Positions 36,965 through 46,433 of a stretch of 64,000 bases of DNA are shown here, piece after piece. Each line of letters opens with the position of its first letter. Position 1 is the stretch's first letter. The stretch covers positions 1 to 64,000 of IMG/VR virus record IMGVR_UViG_3300044695_003432; one strand, 5' to 3'. Position numbers and translations under genes: made by a program. The notes below the pieces were generated by a model. The model searched no databases. It was not told the origin of the DNA and worked only from the letters and a program-made list of their open reading frames with translations. This stretch comes from a virus.

Positions 36965-37822
36965 TTACGAGAAGCGGCGGGTGATTTCCGCCATGTTTGC
37001 CTTGAGCGTGCGCTGTGCGAGAATGTCGCCAGCCATCGCACGCTTGTTGAGTTCCTTGAGTTCCGCCAAGTCCTTCGGTGGCGCGGTGGAGTGCGACGGC
37101 ATGGTCCCGATGACGGGCGAACCGCCCACGTTCTTCTCGTCGTACCGGGCCTTGATGACGCGAACGGCGTCAAGTGCCACCTGCGGGTTGGTGTCGTTGA
37201 GTTTCGCGGCGTAGACCGACAACTCGCCCTCGGGCACGTTGGACTTCGCCCACGTCATAAGGCGGTCGTAGTTCTCCTGCGAGCCGCCCGCGATCTTGAA
37301 CGCCGCCTGCTTGGTCTGCTCTTGGACCTCACGGGCACGCTCGGCCTTGATCTGTGCCGACTCCACCCGCCCAACAAAGATGTCGTTGAGAGCATCCTTG
37401 TTGAGCTTGTAGACCTTTCCGTCCTTGCCCTTGACTTCGATGCTGCCAAAGGCTTTCAGCGAGTCGTCGTCGATGCTCTTGTTCTTGACAAGGTTCTCGC
37501 CGAACTTCGCGGTGTCGAGGCCGATCGCCTTGAACAACCCGTCAATGTCGGTGTCGGCGTACTCGGTCGGCTGCGGGGCGGGAGCGTTACCCGCCAGAGC
37601 CTTGTAGAACGTGACCGCCGCGTCCTTGCTGGCGAAGTAGCCGCCGTCGCCGTAGACGGGTGCGTTGTCCGCCACCTGAACGCCACGGTGCTTGAACAAC
37701 TCGCGTGCGCCCTGCTGGAACGCCGCCTCGTCCTTGAACTTCCCCGCGATCAACTCGGGCTGCGGTGGTGCCGCTCCCGGCGTCGGTGCGGCTTGCACCG
37801 GCGCGGTTCCTGTCTCTGACAT
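36965..37822 (-). CDS. Capsid scaffolding protein (gp9-like)
   Basis: LIAGKFK, AGGSQENYDRLMTWAKSN. Confidence 0.85.
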   Translation of the reverse strand: MSETGTAPVQAAPTPGAAPPQPELIAGKFKDEAAFQQGARELFKHRGVQVADNAPVYGDGGYFASKDAAVTFYKALAGNAPAPQPTEYADTDIDGLFKAIGLDTAKFGENLVKNKSIDDDSLKAFGSIEVKGKDGKVYKLNKDALNDIFVGRVESAQIKAERAREVQEQTKQAAFKIAGGSQENYDRLMTWAKSNVPEGELSVYAAKLNDTNPQVALDAVRVIKARYDEKNVGGSPVIGTMPSHSTAPPKDLAELKELNKRAMAGDILAQRTLKANMAEITRRFS

Positions 37823-37832
37823 TCAATTCCTT

Positions 37833-39395
37833 TCAGGCTTGGGGTGCGGCTTGCTGCTGCGCAATGCCACCAGCGGCGCGTGCCGCTTCCTGAATGACTG
37901 CCGTTGCCCCGTCCGCCTTCACTTGGTCCGCCATCGCTTTGCGAGCCTCTTGCTCCAACTGCGCTGGCGTCTTGATAAGCCCAGGCTCGGCCACCCCCAA
38001 TGAACGAGCCGCGAGACTGAGAAGCACGTTCTGATCCAACTGCTTGACCGCCTGCTCGCCCATCGCACCCGCGAGTTGTGCCAACTGCATCGCACCCTCG
38101 GCGCGACGCTTCTGGTTGATCGCGGCGATACCCGTGGTCGATACCACGTCGGCGAACTTCATCTTCTTGGCGTCGAGCAACCCGCTCCGCGTGCCCATGT
38201 CGATCGCGGCCCACAGGAGCGGCTTCTGCTGCTGGTCGTGGATGGTCGAGAACAGGTCGCCAAGCCAACCCTGCAACTGCTCGGCGGTCTGCTTCCATGC
38301 CGTGCTGTGACGGCCAGCCTCGCCCTTGGGAGCGGCGTCGGCGTCAAGGAGCATGGTCTTGGATAGGTCGTCTTGGCACCGCATCCAAACCTGCTGAACA
38401 ACTTGGAAGTCGGCAAGTTTCTCGACGCCGAGCATGGCAACGTCTTGCAAGCGACCGCCCTCGACGCGGCCACCGACGATGATCTTGCCCGACTCGATAG
38501 CCAAGTCCTCGGGACGGAGCGTGCTGCCGGTGCCGATGACGGGGTTGAACTTGCTGGCGTGTTCCGCCCAATCCTTCATGCGACCGGCGAAGAACTCGTT
38601 GGACTCGAAATCGCCGCCGTGCAGTTCAATCAGGCCGCGCCCGTAGTGGTCGTTGCCCGCCCGCTTGAAGTCGGTTTGGAAGATGCGGGCCGTTTCGTGC
38701 TGAGCCTCGAACACCTGCTTGTCTTGGATTTCCTGCGTCAGCACCCACGAGTCGTCAGACTGACGCTTGTAGAGCGTGAATACGTCAACGTCCTCGCCTT
38801 CCTTGACCTCGATTTGGGCCTGAATGTCAGCGGGCAGGCGTGCGGGGTTGACGCATTCCTTGATGACGTGGTAGTCAACCTCGCCGTAGGCGTCGCGGCG
38901 GGTGCGGTACTGGTCGCGGGAGAACACGCGCTTGGCGAAGTCCTCATTCCCGCGAAGGCCGATGCCCTCAAGCGTGCTGCCGGTGATAAGCAACTGCGTG
39001 AGCGAAATACCTGTCTGGGCGTAGAAGCCGGGAACGACTTTCCGCTTGCTCTTGACGTGGCTGCTCTCGATCGCCGCCTGAATCTTCACGCCCTCGACGT
39101 ACAGGGCGTTGACGATAACCGTGTATTCCTCGGGGCTGATGGAATACTTGCTCTCAGGCTCCACGTCCAACTCGAACCAGCCGTCGCCGGGGAACAGGAC
39201 GGAGCGGAGTTTGCCGACGCAGTTGGCGATGCCACGGGCGGCAAGCGAGTTGTTGGGGTTGCGGAGCCGGTCGCCAGCCTGATAGCCCTGCTCCGGCATC
39301 ACGAACGGCATGGAAATCGACGCCGCCCAACGCGCCCGATCCAAGACCTCCGACGCATCGCCGGTGCCTTGGTCGAACAGTTTTTGGATGCTCAT
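37833..39395 (-). CDS. Portal/head-tail connector (gp8-like)
   Basis: ARGIANCVGKL..LFP...WF, RRDAYGEV, HYGRGLIE. Confidence 0.9.
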   Translation of the reverse strand: MSIQKLFDQGTGDASEVLDRARWAASISMPFVMPEQGYQAGDRLRNPNNSLAARGIANCVGKLRSVLFPGDGWFELDVEPESKYSISPEEYTVIVNALYVEGVKIQAAIESSHVKSKRKVVPGFYAQTGISLTQLLITGSTLEGIGLRGNEDFAKRVFSRDQYRTRRDAYGEVDYHVIKECVNPARLPADIQAQIEVKEGEDVDVFTLYKRQSDDSWVLTQEIQDKQVFEAQHETARIFQTDFKRAGNDHYGRGLIELHGGDFESNEFFAGRMKDWAEHASKFNPVIGTGSTLRPEDLAIESGKIIVGGRVEGGRLQDVAMLGVEKLADFQVVQQVWMRCQDDLSKTMLLDADAAPKGEAGRHSTAWKQTAEQLQGWLGDLFSTIHDQQQKPLLWAAIDMGTRSGLLDAKKMKFADVVSTTGIAAINQKRRAEGAMQLAQLAGAMGEQAVKQLDQNVLLSLAARSLGVAEPGLIKTPAQLEQEARKAMADQVKADGATAVIQEAARAAGGIAQQQAAPQA

Positions 39396-39613
39396 GGGAT
39401 GTACAAGCCGCTACCAGCCGGGGGCACGCCGGTCGTCGGGATCAGATACGAGTCGATGTTGCGGCGACGGGCGCGGCGTGCAGCGGCCTCGGCCTCGGCC
39501 TGCATGTTGGCCTGAGACGATGCGGGGTCCGCTGACGCCGCGTAGTCCGGCACGTTGGCCTGCGGTGCGTTGACGCCGAATACGCCGTCAACGAGACTTC
39601 CAACGGCACTCAT
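39392..39613 (-). CDS. Small virion protein preceding the portal
   Basis: Position; C-terminal SGLYIP. Confidence 0.6.
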   Translation of the reverse strand: MSAVGSLVDGVFGVNAPQANVPDYAASADPASSQANMQAEAEAAARRARRRNIDSYLIPTTGVPPAGSGLYIP

Positions 39614-39786
39614 CGGGGTTTGTTGTCCTTGGCGGCGATGATCTCGATGTCCTCAATGACAGAGGAAACACCAAGGTTCATCGCCAGTTTGTGAGAGTCG
39701 CGGCAGGCGTCAAGGCTCTGCGGCGGGGCAAGGCGATCCCGGTAGTGGTTCCGTAACCACTTACACAAGTCGGCGGCTTGCTGCAT
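39610..39786 (-). CDS. Small hypothetical protein
   Basis: LCKWLRNHY...LGVSSVIEDI; coupled to the downstream gene; start uncertain. Confidence 0.5.
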   Translation of the reverse strand: MQQAADLCKWLRNHYRDRLAPPQSLDACRDSHKLAMNLGVSSVIEDIEIIAAKDNKPR

Positions 39787-40252
39787 ATTGAGCGGGATGG
39801 GATTCGTCGATGACGACTTCGGTTGCGCCTCGGGCACGAAGGTACTCGTATAAGAGGATGGGCGACAACAAGTTATCGGGCGTGGCGTACCCGCACAGAG
39901 CAAGGTACTCCCGACAACGCGACACGCAGTTGGAGTGACGGACCCGCCCGCCTGACCAGAGGTACGCCAGTCCACGGGCAACGCTTATCGGGCGTTTGTC
40001 CAGACTGACATGCTCGGGGTTGAACGATCGCTCAACGGCAATAGACAGAACGGTCTGTATCATCGGCTGACGGATTGCAGCCTTGAAGGGGATAAGTCGC
40101 TCCCCTTTCTCAACCGTGCGTTCGACGATGGTTTCGTGGTCGCCATAGGCGACGTGAACCAAGTGGCTTCGCGTGGCGAGCGCGGCGATCGCGTTGGCCG
40201 GGTGCCATATGGCCCCGGACGCGAAGATAACCCACGCCTGTTGAACGGTCAC
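39761..40252 (-). CDS. Permuted papain-like (His before Cys) peptidase/amidase candidate
   Basis: HLVHVAY...NCVS...SPILLY. Confidence 0.5.
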   Translation of the reverse strand: MTVQQAWVIFASGAIWHPANAIAALATRSHLVHVAYGDHETIVERTVEKGERLIPFKAAIRQPMIQTVLSIAVERSFNPEHVSLDKRPISVARGLAYLWSGGRVRHSNCVSRCREYLALCGYATPDNLLSPILLYEYLRARGATEVVIDESHPAQYAASRRLV

Positions 40253-40276
40253 TCAATACACGTTTGGTTTATCGGA

Positions 40277-42676
40277 CTAGCACATTGCATAAGCGGCGTT
40301 TATGACGCTGCTTGGGTCATAGTCGCCGTTGATGGGCGGTGCTGGCAACTCAATGTCAGGGTGCTGCTCGCGCCACTGGAACCACAAGTCCGTAAGCAGC
40401 GGCGTCTGGTGGATCGCCGCGAACTGCTCGCGTGCGATCAACCCGACTTCCTCGGCAGTCTCCGCGTGTGACCAGAACGAGTCATGCACGGCAAGGAACG
40501 AAATGCCCTGGTTGCGGCAAGTGATCGCCGCCTTCATCATCGCGGCAGCATCGACGCCATGCACGAAGTTGGGAGCCGAGCCGGACACCTGCTTGCGGGC
40601 GTTGACAGACCGCTCATTGTCCATTTGCATCCAAAGAACGCCAAAGCACGTTTCAACTTGCACTGCGTTCTTTGCGTAGTACGGCTGCACGCACCGCCAG
40701 CCGATCGGCGTCCGCCACATCACCGGGCGGTTGGACTCTGCGATCTGACCGGCGCACGTCCGCACCCAATCCATCGCCGCCGTCACAAGCGGGAACACCT
40801 CACGCACCGACTTCAACACCGACTTCGCCAGAATCGACGCGGCCTCCTTCGCGTGTTCGCTCTCTAGCCCGAGCTTCTTGAACTTGCCCATGATCTGATC
40901 GCGTGCCCCGTACTCCGTCACGCCGTAGGGCGTCGTCATCACGGGCTGCTTGCACACTTCTTTGCCGTACTTCCTGACCGCGTGCAGGGCCATTGCCACA
41001 GCCTCGGGCGTGCCCTCCCCGTCTCCCGCCAAGTACGTCAGCACCCGCTTGGCAATCTCGGCGTACAGCGCACTCGGCTTGTCGTTCTCGACCAAGTTCA
41101 CGAACGGTGCCGCCGTCGCGTCTCGCGTCATGGCAACGAAGTGCTGGAACCCGCTCGCCGTCGCGTCCCGCTGGATGGGCAGGTGTACCGCGTGGTCACG
41201 CGACTGCAACGCCTTGCACGCGGCGAGGAACTGCAACGGGTTCTCGGCCTGCCGCCAGAAGTCGGTGTTGAACGGGTCGCGGGCGGACATGAACACGTCC
41301 CGCATGTTGGACTTCACCCATTCAACCCGGTCGTCGAATGAAATCTTGTCGTGGCCGTACATCGTCGCGGCCTGGATTGCCACCTGCCGCATCACCCCGT
41401 CGCCGTCGCGGGCCTCGGCGAACTGGAACAGCGACCGCTCCATGTCCCCGCCGTAGTGGTTGAAGTAGTGGGGGCGTGCGTACATCCGGCCCCGGAAGTC
41501 GCCCTGGTGCGGGACGTAGAAGCGCGGCTCGTTCTCGAACTCGCGGGCGACCTGCCGACACTGGAACGCGGCATAGAACGCGGACTCGTTCTTGATGTTC
41601 TTGCGGTGAATCTCGACACATTCACCGCGCCACTTGCGGAGAATGTCCGCGTCCTCGGTCTGCGGCTTGGGCGGGTTGTTGAACGCCGTGGACGCGGGCA
41701 ACCCTGCCACGTCGCCGCCTTCCTCGATGAGCCGGTCAATCACGCCCAGCATCCAACCGTTCACCTTGAGCGGGGTGTTGCCCAACGCCTCCATGCCGTC
41801 GATGAACTCGCCCAACTCCCCGATGCCGTCGCGGATCAACTGCCGCTGCGCCTTCGTGGACTTCGTGAGCATCCCCATGCGGATCGTGACGTAACTACCG
41901 TGGGTGCTGTCCGCGTGCTTGTACGGGGGAATCACCATCGGCGGGTAGACCGGCGAGACTGCCGCCAACGCCTGATGGTCGTGCATGATCGTCGCACGAA
42001 TCTTCGGGTCGATGGTGAACATCGAACGCATCTTCTTCCCGGTGCCGACGTTCTTGCGGTGGAAAGCCAGCGCAAAGGGCTGCGATTCATCGTTGCAAGA
42101 GCAAGCCCCGACAGCATCCCACACGAACGCCGCCCCGACCTTGACGCACAGAACGCTGTCGTAGATCGCCTCGGGGTCCAGAATCTTGGCGTACCGATTC
42201 ACGTCCATCGCGGCAATCGCGTTCTTTCGCCGCTTCTTGAACATGGCTTTGAGAAGGTCTTTCTTCTTCTCCTTCTGCCAGCGGTCGAGTTGGGCCTGCG
42301 CCAGAATCGCACGGCCAACCGCGATGTAGAGTTTCTGCTGCGTCACACCTTCGGGTTCGCGGAGCAGGCAGTTGAGCATCTGCGTCAGCGTGATCGCCGC
42401 CGCCTTGTTGGGCGACACCAGCGAGTAGATGCCGACGTACTCGGTGGGGGTTTTCTTGTTCTCGCCCACCAGTGATCGCCGCTTCTGGCGGATGGCGAGG
42501 GTCATCGCCACCGCCCAATGAGCGAGCCAGCGACGGCCCGGCGCGGTGGATGCGTAGCGGCCCTTGTCGTGGGCCTTGTCGCGGTCGCGGAAGTAGCGGA
42601 GTCGTCCTGCCTCCTGCGCCTTCTTCTCGATGAGTATTTGCCGGTCGAAGTCCGTTCCGTACAGCAATCCGCTCAT
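40277..42676 (-). CDS. T7-type single-subunit DNA-directed RNA polymerase
   Basis: PMVIPP, DFRGRMY, DATASGFQH (motif A), KQPVMTTPYG (motif B), PNFVH, VHDSF (motif C). Confidence 0.97.
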   Translation of the reverse strand: MSGLLYGTDFDRQILIEKKAQEAGRLRYFRDRDKAHDKGRYASTAPGRRWLAHWAVAMTLAIRQKRRSLVGENKKTPTEYVGIYSLVSPNKAAAITLTQMLNCLLREPEGVTQQKLYIAVGRAILAQAQLDRWQKEKKKDLLKAMFKKRRKNAIAAMDVNRYAKILDPEAIYDSVLCVKVGAAFVWDAVGACSCNDESQPFALAFHRKNVGTGKKMRSMFTIDPKIRATIMHDHQALAAVSPVYPPMVIPPYKHADSTHGSYVTIRMGMLTKSTKAQRQLIRDGIGELGEFIDGMEALGNTPLKVNGWMLGVIDRLIEEGGDVAGLPASTAFNNPPKPQTEDADILRKWRGECVEIHRKNIKNESAFYAAFQCRQVAREFENEPRFYVPHQGDFRGRMYARPHYFNHYGGDMERSLFQFAEARDGDGVMRQVAIQAATMYGHDKISFDDRVEWVKSNMRDVFMSARDPFNTDFWRQAENPLQFLAACKALQSRDHAVHLPIQRDATASGFQHFVAMTRDATAAPFVNLVENDKPSALYAEIAKRVLTYLAGDGEGTPEAVAMALHAVRKYGKEVCKQPVMTTPYGVTEYGARDQIMGKFKKLGLESEHAKEAASILAKSVLKSVREVFPLVTAAMDWVRTCAGQIAESNRPVMWRTPIGWRCVQPYYAKNAVQVETCFGVLWMQMDNERSVNARKQVSGSAPNFVHGVDAAAMMKAAITCRNQGISFLAVHDSFWSHAETAEEVGLIAREQFAAIHQTPLLTDLWFQWREQHPDIELPAPPINGDYDPSSVINAAYAMC

Positions 42677-43009
42677 TCAGCCTCCTTTGTCCAAAGCCTC
42701 CACCGCCGCCGCGAGTGCGAGGAAGCGGGTGTTTCCACCGACGCCATTCTCGTACTCCCAATAGGCACAGTCCCCTACCGCGTCGTCGCACAAGTTGATC
42801 GTTCCCAACCTCTCCACCATCGCCCACGCGATCGCGGAGAGGGCGTGAAGCGGGTGGCACCATCCGTCAAACTCGGAACCGTCGTGCCAGTGTTCCGCGT
42901 CGAGTCCGTCGTGGTGGCGGCGTTGCACCGTCTTCGGCCACCACTCCGCGTCCTTGTACGTTTTGTACAACTCCACCGCCTTCGCGTGGTCTGCTTCGGT
43001 GAATGTCAT
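42677..43009 (-). CDS. Hypothetical protein
   Basis: Coupled ATGA overlap. Confidence 0.55.
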   Translation of the reverse strand: MTFTEADHAKAVELYKTYKDAEWWPKTVQRRHHDGLDAEHWHDGSEFDGWCHPLHALSAIAWAMVERLGTINLCDDAVGDCAYWEYENGVGGNTRFLALAAAVEALDKGG

Positions 43010-43260
43010 GGCTTCCCTTTCCGCTCGGTGCCGTTGAGGATGGCGAGGATGTCGCGCTTGTGGATGTACCAGCGGTCGGGTGCCGCCTGCTCGCACAGTT
43101 CCCTCACCCTGCGGAGTTTCTCGCGGTCGTTCGTCCACTCGCGGGTGAGGACGGTCACGATGTCGCGATCCGTGTCGCGATCGCCATTTGCGGGCTTCTT
43201 TTCGCCCCGAATCGCGTCACTTTGTCGCGATTTCTGTCGCGATTCACGCTTCTTCGCCAT
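43006..43260 (-). CDS. Hypothetical protein
   Basis: GGAGG RBS. Confidence 0.55.
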   Translation of the reverse strand: MAKKRESRQKSRQSDAIRGEKKPANGDRDTDRDIVTVLTREWTNDREKLRRVRELCEQAAPDRWYIHKRDILAILNGTERKGKP

Positions 43261-43462
43261 CGCTCGCCTCCTTGATCGTCTTCTCCACTTCCTGCCGAAT
43301 GACGTACCCGAGTGCGGGCAGGTCCACGCCGAACAGCCGACGATACTCACGGGCACGGTTGACGATGCGGTTGGCACACTCGTTGGCGGCGATCTGGTCG
43401 TCGGTCCAGCCGCCGAGGTAGAGCGTGAGCGACTGCGTGTTTTGGTCAAGTGGAAGGGGCAT
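43244..43462 (-). CDS. Hypothetical protein
   Basis: AAGGAGG RBS. Confidence 0.55.
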   Translation of the reverse strand: MPLPLDQNTQSLTLYLGGWTDDQIAANECANRIVNRAREYRRLFGVDLPALGYVIRQEVEKTIKEASDGEEA

Positions 43463-43572
43463 CGCTCGCCTCCTTCTTCGAGTTGTCAAGTGCGGCTTGA
43501 CTGCTGGGGGAACTATTCGATGTTGTCGAAAGGTTCACTTGCTTCTCCTTTTCCACTTTCCACCCCGAAACG

Positions 43573-44091
43573 CTAATTTGCGGGGCGTGATTTAGTGCTG
43601 GGTTGAATTTCGTCGGCGATGGTGATGCCCGCTTCGGCAAGAGCAGCGCGCCACGCATGATCGCGGGCATGGATCATCCGCATCTCGGCGTCGGTGAACA
43701 GGCCGGGCGTTTTCGCAACGGTCGGTGCCTTCACCACCATCGCGGCGGGCTTGGGTGCGGGCTCAACTGCGGCGAGGCGGGATTCGAGGGCGGTGATGCG
43801 CTTCCATGCCTCGTGTAGCCGCTCGTGGGCGTGCGCGGCGTTGGCCCGTGCCTGCGCATCCACCACGGGAACAACGTCACGAAAACAAGATTTCTCGTCG
43901 TTCTTGTTTTCTTGCGGGGCGGGCTTAGGCAACTCCGCTTTACCACCGTTCGCGGTAGGAAAATCTGGGGGCGTTTCCTTTACTAGCCGCGCGTTCCCAG
44001 ACGCCTCTGCTGTCAAAACCGGCGATGTTGTCTTTTGCTGACACTCGGGCTTCTCCCCTTCGCCGGGGGTGATCGTGTTCTCGCTACTCAT
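43573..44091 (-). CDS. Hypothetical protein spanning the A/B junction (shared gene)
   Basis: Near-identical to the ORF at the window start over its central part. Confidence 0.75.
   Translation of the reverse strand: MSSENTITPGEGEKPECQQKTTSPVLTAEASGNARLVKETPPDFPTANGGKAELPKPAPQENKNDEKSCFRDVVPVVDAQARANAAHAHERLHEAWKRITALESRLAAVEPAPKPAAMVVKAPTVAKTPGLFTDAEMRMIHARDHAWRAALAEAGITIADEIQPSTKSRPAN
43820..44072. repeat. Copy 2 of the direct repeat shared with 1-247
   Basis: Direct sequence comparison. Confidence 0.95.
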
Positions 44092-44363
44092 GCTGCCACC
44101 GTCCTTTCCTTCCGAATCTTCTTCAGAATCTTCTTCACATCGCTCGCCGCGGTCTCGGGAACTTCCATCCCCATCCGCTCGGCGATCTCCCGGAGTACGG
44201 GATCGTTGACGAAAGCCCGATGGAGTTTACCCAGGGCTCTCTGCTCGATGGCGAAGGCATTGGCCTTTGTGCAGGGGGTTCCGCGGGCGGTGAGTATCTC
44301 GGCACACTCGCCGAGGGTGCGGATGCCGGAGTTACGCTCTTCTTTGGTGTAGCCGGTGCTCAT
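44088..44363 (-). CDS. Sigma70 region 4-like HTH protein
   Basis: RTLGECAEIL...AFAIEQRALGKL. Confidence 0.55.
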   Translation of the reverse strand: MSTGYTKEERNSGIRTLGECAEILTARGTPCTKANAFAIEQRALGKLHRAFVNDPVLREIAERMGMEVPETAASDVKKILKKIRKERTVAA

Positions 44364-44743
44364 GCCGCCACCCCCATTCCCATATCCTCGGCAAACTCCT
44401 CGGCTTCATCCTGCGGCCATTCCTGATTCGTGTATTCACGGGGAGCGAACGCGGCGAAGATCACATCCTCTTCGTTGATCCCCTCAAGGACCGCGGGCAC
44501 GTCGATCGAGACCTCTTCGATCCCGGAATCTTCCCACTCGATTGCGTTCCGGAGGCGGAGGCAGGAGAAGAGGGACATGAGCCGGATGGGCTCCTCGTCG
44601 AGGGCATCGAGAGCCAGAGTCAGCCGGGAACCTACGGGGGCCGGTGTGAACAGAGCCCGGAGGTACTCACGGGATTCGCGGGCGATGCTCCGCGTCCATG
44701 CGTCGAGGACCAAGGTACGGTAAGACTTCTTCCGATCTGCCAT
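44360..44743 (-). CDS. Hypothetical early protein with acidic C-terminus
   Basis: Follows a cassette repeat; GGAG RBS. Confidence 0.65.
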   Translation of the reverse strand: MADRKKSYRTLVLDAWTRSIARESREYLRALFTPAPVGSRLTLALDALDEEPIRLMSLFSCLRLRNAIEWEDSGIEEVSIDVPAVLEGINEEDVIFAAFAPREYTNQEWPQDEAEEFAEDMGMGVAA

Positions 44744-44822
44744 GATGCAAAGACTCCAAAGGCCCCAGCGTCATTGCTAGGGGAAACGATCCGAGACCGG
44801 GTAGGGTGTCGGATCGGATGGA

Positions 44823-45677
44823 TCAGCGAACGGGGAACCCCTCGCCGCGGTCGAAGTACCGGACGACGGTTCCGGGGTCGGTGTGGCTTCCACCGGCGTA
44901 CCGCATCGTTTTTCCGCCGGTCGGCCACCAGTCCGGGAAGCGGTGCGACTTGCTTTCAATGCCCGTGACGGTTCCGGAGCGGCTGTCAGACTTGTAGCGG
45001 ACAGTCTGCTCTACCGGGCGGTCTTCGCGGCGGAGGTAGACCCCGACGCGGACAGTGCCGATCCCGGAAACCTCAGAGAACCAGTGCGCGGAGCAAGTGC
45101 TATTTGAGTAGTGCGGGGAGTGAGCCCAGAAGGTGACAGGGGCGATCGGCGTGCGTTCCGGGTTTCCCTTCTCTGATCGGGACTCCGGACAAATGCTAGT
45201 GCATCCGTCCCGGCGAATCTCCGCGGGGATCGGAGGAAGTGCCGCAACGATCCGGAGAAGATCGGACCAGGAGAGCCCGCCTTCTTTGTGCATCGAGAAC
45301 GAATCGCCGTAGGTGAGCCAGGCGGCTTCGGTAGAGTGGTGCCCTAGCACCGTCACCAGCCGGGGCGGAAGGTCTTCGAGGGCGTGGCGGATGATGGCCT
45401 CAGTCTCGGCCTTCAGGATATCTTGTTCGGCCTTCTCGATTGCCTTTACCCAGATATCCGAAACGGGCACGGCGATTGGGTATTCTGACGTGAGATCGTT
45501 AGGGGCGAAATAGCCCTCGACGGTGGAGCCACTGAGGAACCACTCCCCCTTTTTAGGTGGGCGGCTCTCCCCCGTTGGCCGTACTTTGGTAGCCGTTCCC
45601 GCTCGGGTCCGATCCTCTTCCGCGATTGGGTAAAGGCGGCTTCCGGGAAACTCCCACTTCATGTCTCTAAGCTGCAT
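44823..45677 (-). CDS. Hypothetical early protein
   Basis: Bounded by repeats; TGESRPPKKGEWFLSG motif. Confidence 0.7.
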   Translation of the reverse strand: MQLRDMKWEFPGSRLYPIAEEDRTRAGTATKVRPTGESRPPKKGEWFLSGSTVEGYFAPNDLTSEYPIAVPVSDIWVKAIEKAEQDILKAETEAIIRHALEDLPPRLVTVLGHHSTEAAWLTYGDSFSMHKEGGLSWSDLLRIVAALPPIPAEIRRDGCTSICPESRSEKGNPERTPIAPVTFWAHSPHYSNSTCSAHWFSEVSGIGTVRVGVYLRREDRPVEQTVRYKSDSRSGTVTGIESKSHRFPDWWPTGGKTMRYAGGSHTDPGTVVRYFDRGEGFPVR

Positions 45678-45755
45678 GGCTTTACCTTTCAAAGGCTCCG
45701 GCGGTATTGCCGGAGGAATCGACCCGGAACCGTTTCGGGTGCCGGATCGGATACT

Positions 45756-46085
45756 TCAGACAGTGCAGGCGGGTCCGTAGGGCTTGCTAGAAAGTCCCTC
45801 TCGGACCAGGATGAGACGCGAACCCGTGAAGGGGATGCGATCTCCGTCGCGGGGATAGACCCACCATTCGCCCCGCGACTGAGAGACGTAGAACCCCAGA
45901 GCGAACTGGGCCGCGGCTTGATTCATGCGGAGCTTGGTTGTCGCGGTTTTCCAGCCGCCCGTATTCAGATCGATAAGGGAGGAGTCAAACGAAACCACAT
46001 CGGTATTGTGATACCGAACGATCGTTCGCCCCCCCTCAGCGCGAATAGAGGTAGCTACGCCGGAGACTTTCAGAGTTTGGGCCAT
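45756..46085 (-). CDS. Hypothetical phage early protein
   Basis: Bounded by repeats; YHNTDVV...LNTGGWKTATTKLRMN. Confidence 0.75.
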   Translation of the reverse strand: MAQTLKVSGVATSIRAEGGRTIVRYHNTDVVSFDSSLIDLNTGGWKTATTKLRMNQAAAQFALGFYVSQSRGEWWVYPRDGDRIPFTGSRLILVREGLSSKPYGPACTV

Positions 46086-46164
46086 TGCTTTCCCTTTCAA
46101 AGGCTCCGGCGGTATTGCCGGAGGAATCGACCCGCAAGCGGTTAGGCTAGCTGGTCGGATGCTT

Positions 46165-46299
46165 CTACTCCGCGTCTCTGCTGCCAGGCTCCTCGGGGAA
46201 GAGGGCATCGGCGGCGGATTGGAGGAAGAGGGGTAGGAGGGTGCAGAGGAGGAGGGAGAGGAGGACCAGGGAGAAGAGGAGGAGGGAGGCATAGAACAT
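46165..46299 (-). CDS. 44-aa membrane peptide (not in the ORF track)
   Basis: MFYASLLLFSLVLLSLLLCTLLPLFLQSAADALFPEEPGSRDAE; GAAAGGG RBS; exactly fills the gap between two repeats. Confidence 0.7.
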   Translation of the reverse strand: MFYASLLLFSLVLLSLLLCTLLPLFLQSAADALFPEEPGSRDAE

Positions 46300-46433
46300 C
46301 GGTTTCCCTTTCATCTACCGATGGCCTATTCCATCGGTGAATCCGCCGATGAGACTTTCATCTAATCGGAAGGAAGGGGAGAGGAGAAAACCACCCAGGG
46401 CGGTTACCCGCGTCTGGGTGGCTGAAAGGGAAA

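Larger units (their letters stand above)
1..43819. mobile_element. Phage A: apparently complete, circularly permuted temperate T7-like podophage genome (about 43.8 kb)
   Basis: Contains RNAP, portal, capsid, tail, terminase, integrase, attP-like site, repressor and replication genes. Position 1 onward recurs at 43820 onward, which closes the gene order into a circle. Confidence 0.8.

Noticed and set aside
16500-42676. Repeated T7-type phage promoter consensus
   Set aside because: I could not find a recurring motif of about 20 bp upstream of late genes by eye; motif discovery is needed.
43820-44072. Simple circular-assembly overlap or phage terminal repeat
   Set aside because: The copies differ by substitutions and an indel, lie inside a coding gene rather than after terL, and are followed by unrelated sequence.
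45756-46292. Ser/Pro-rich N-terminal extension given in the ORF track
   Set aside because: It reads through a cassette repeat. The better start is ATG 46085, and the upstream DNA encodes a separate peptide in another frame.
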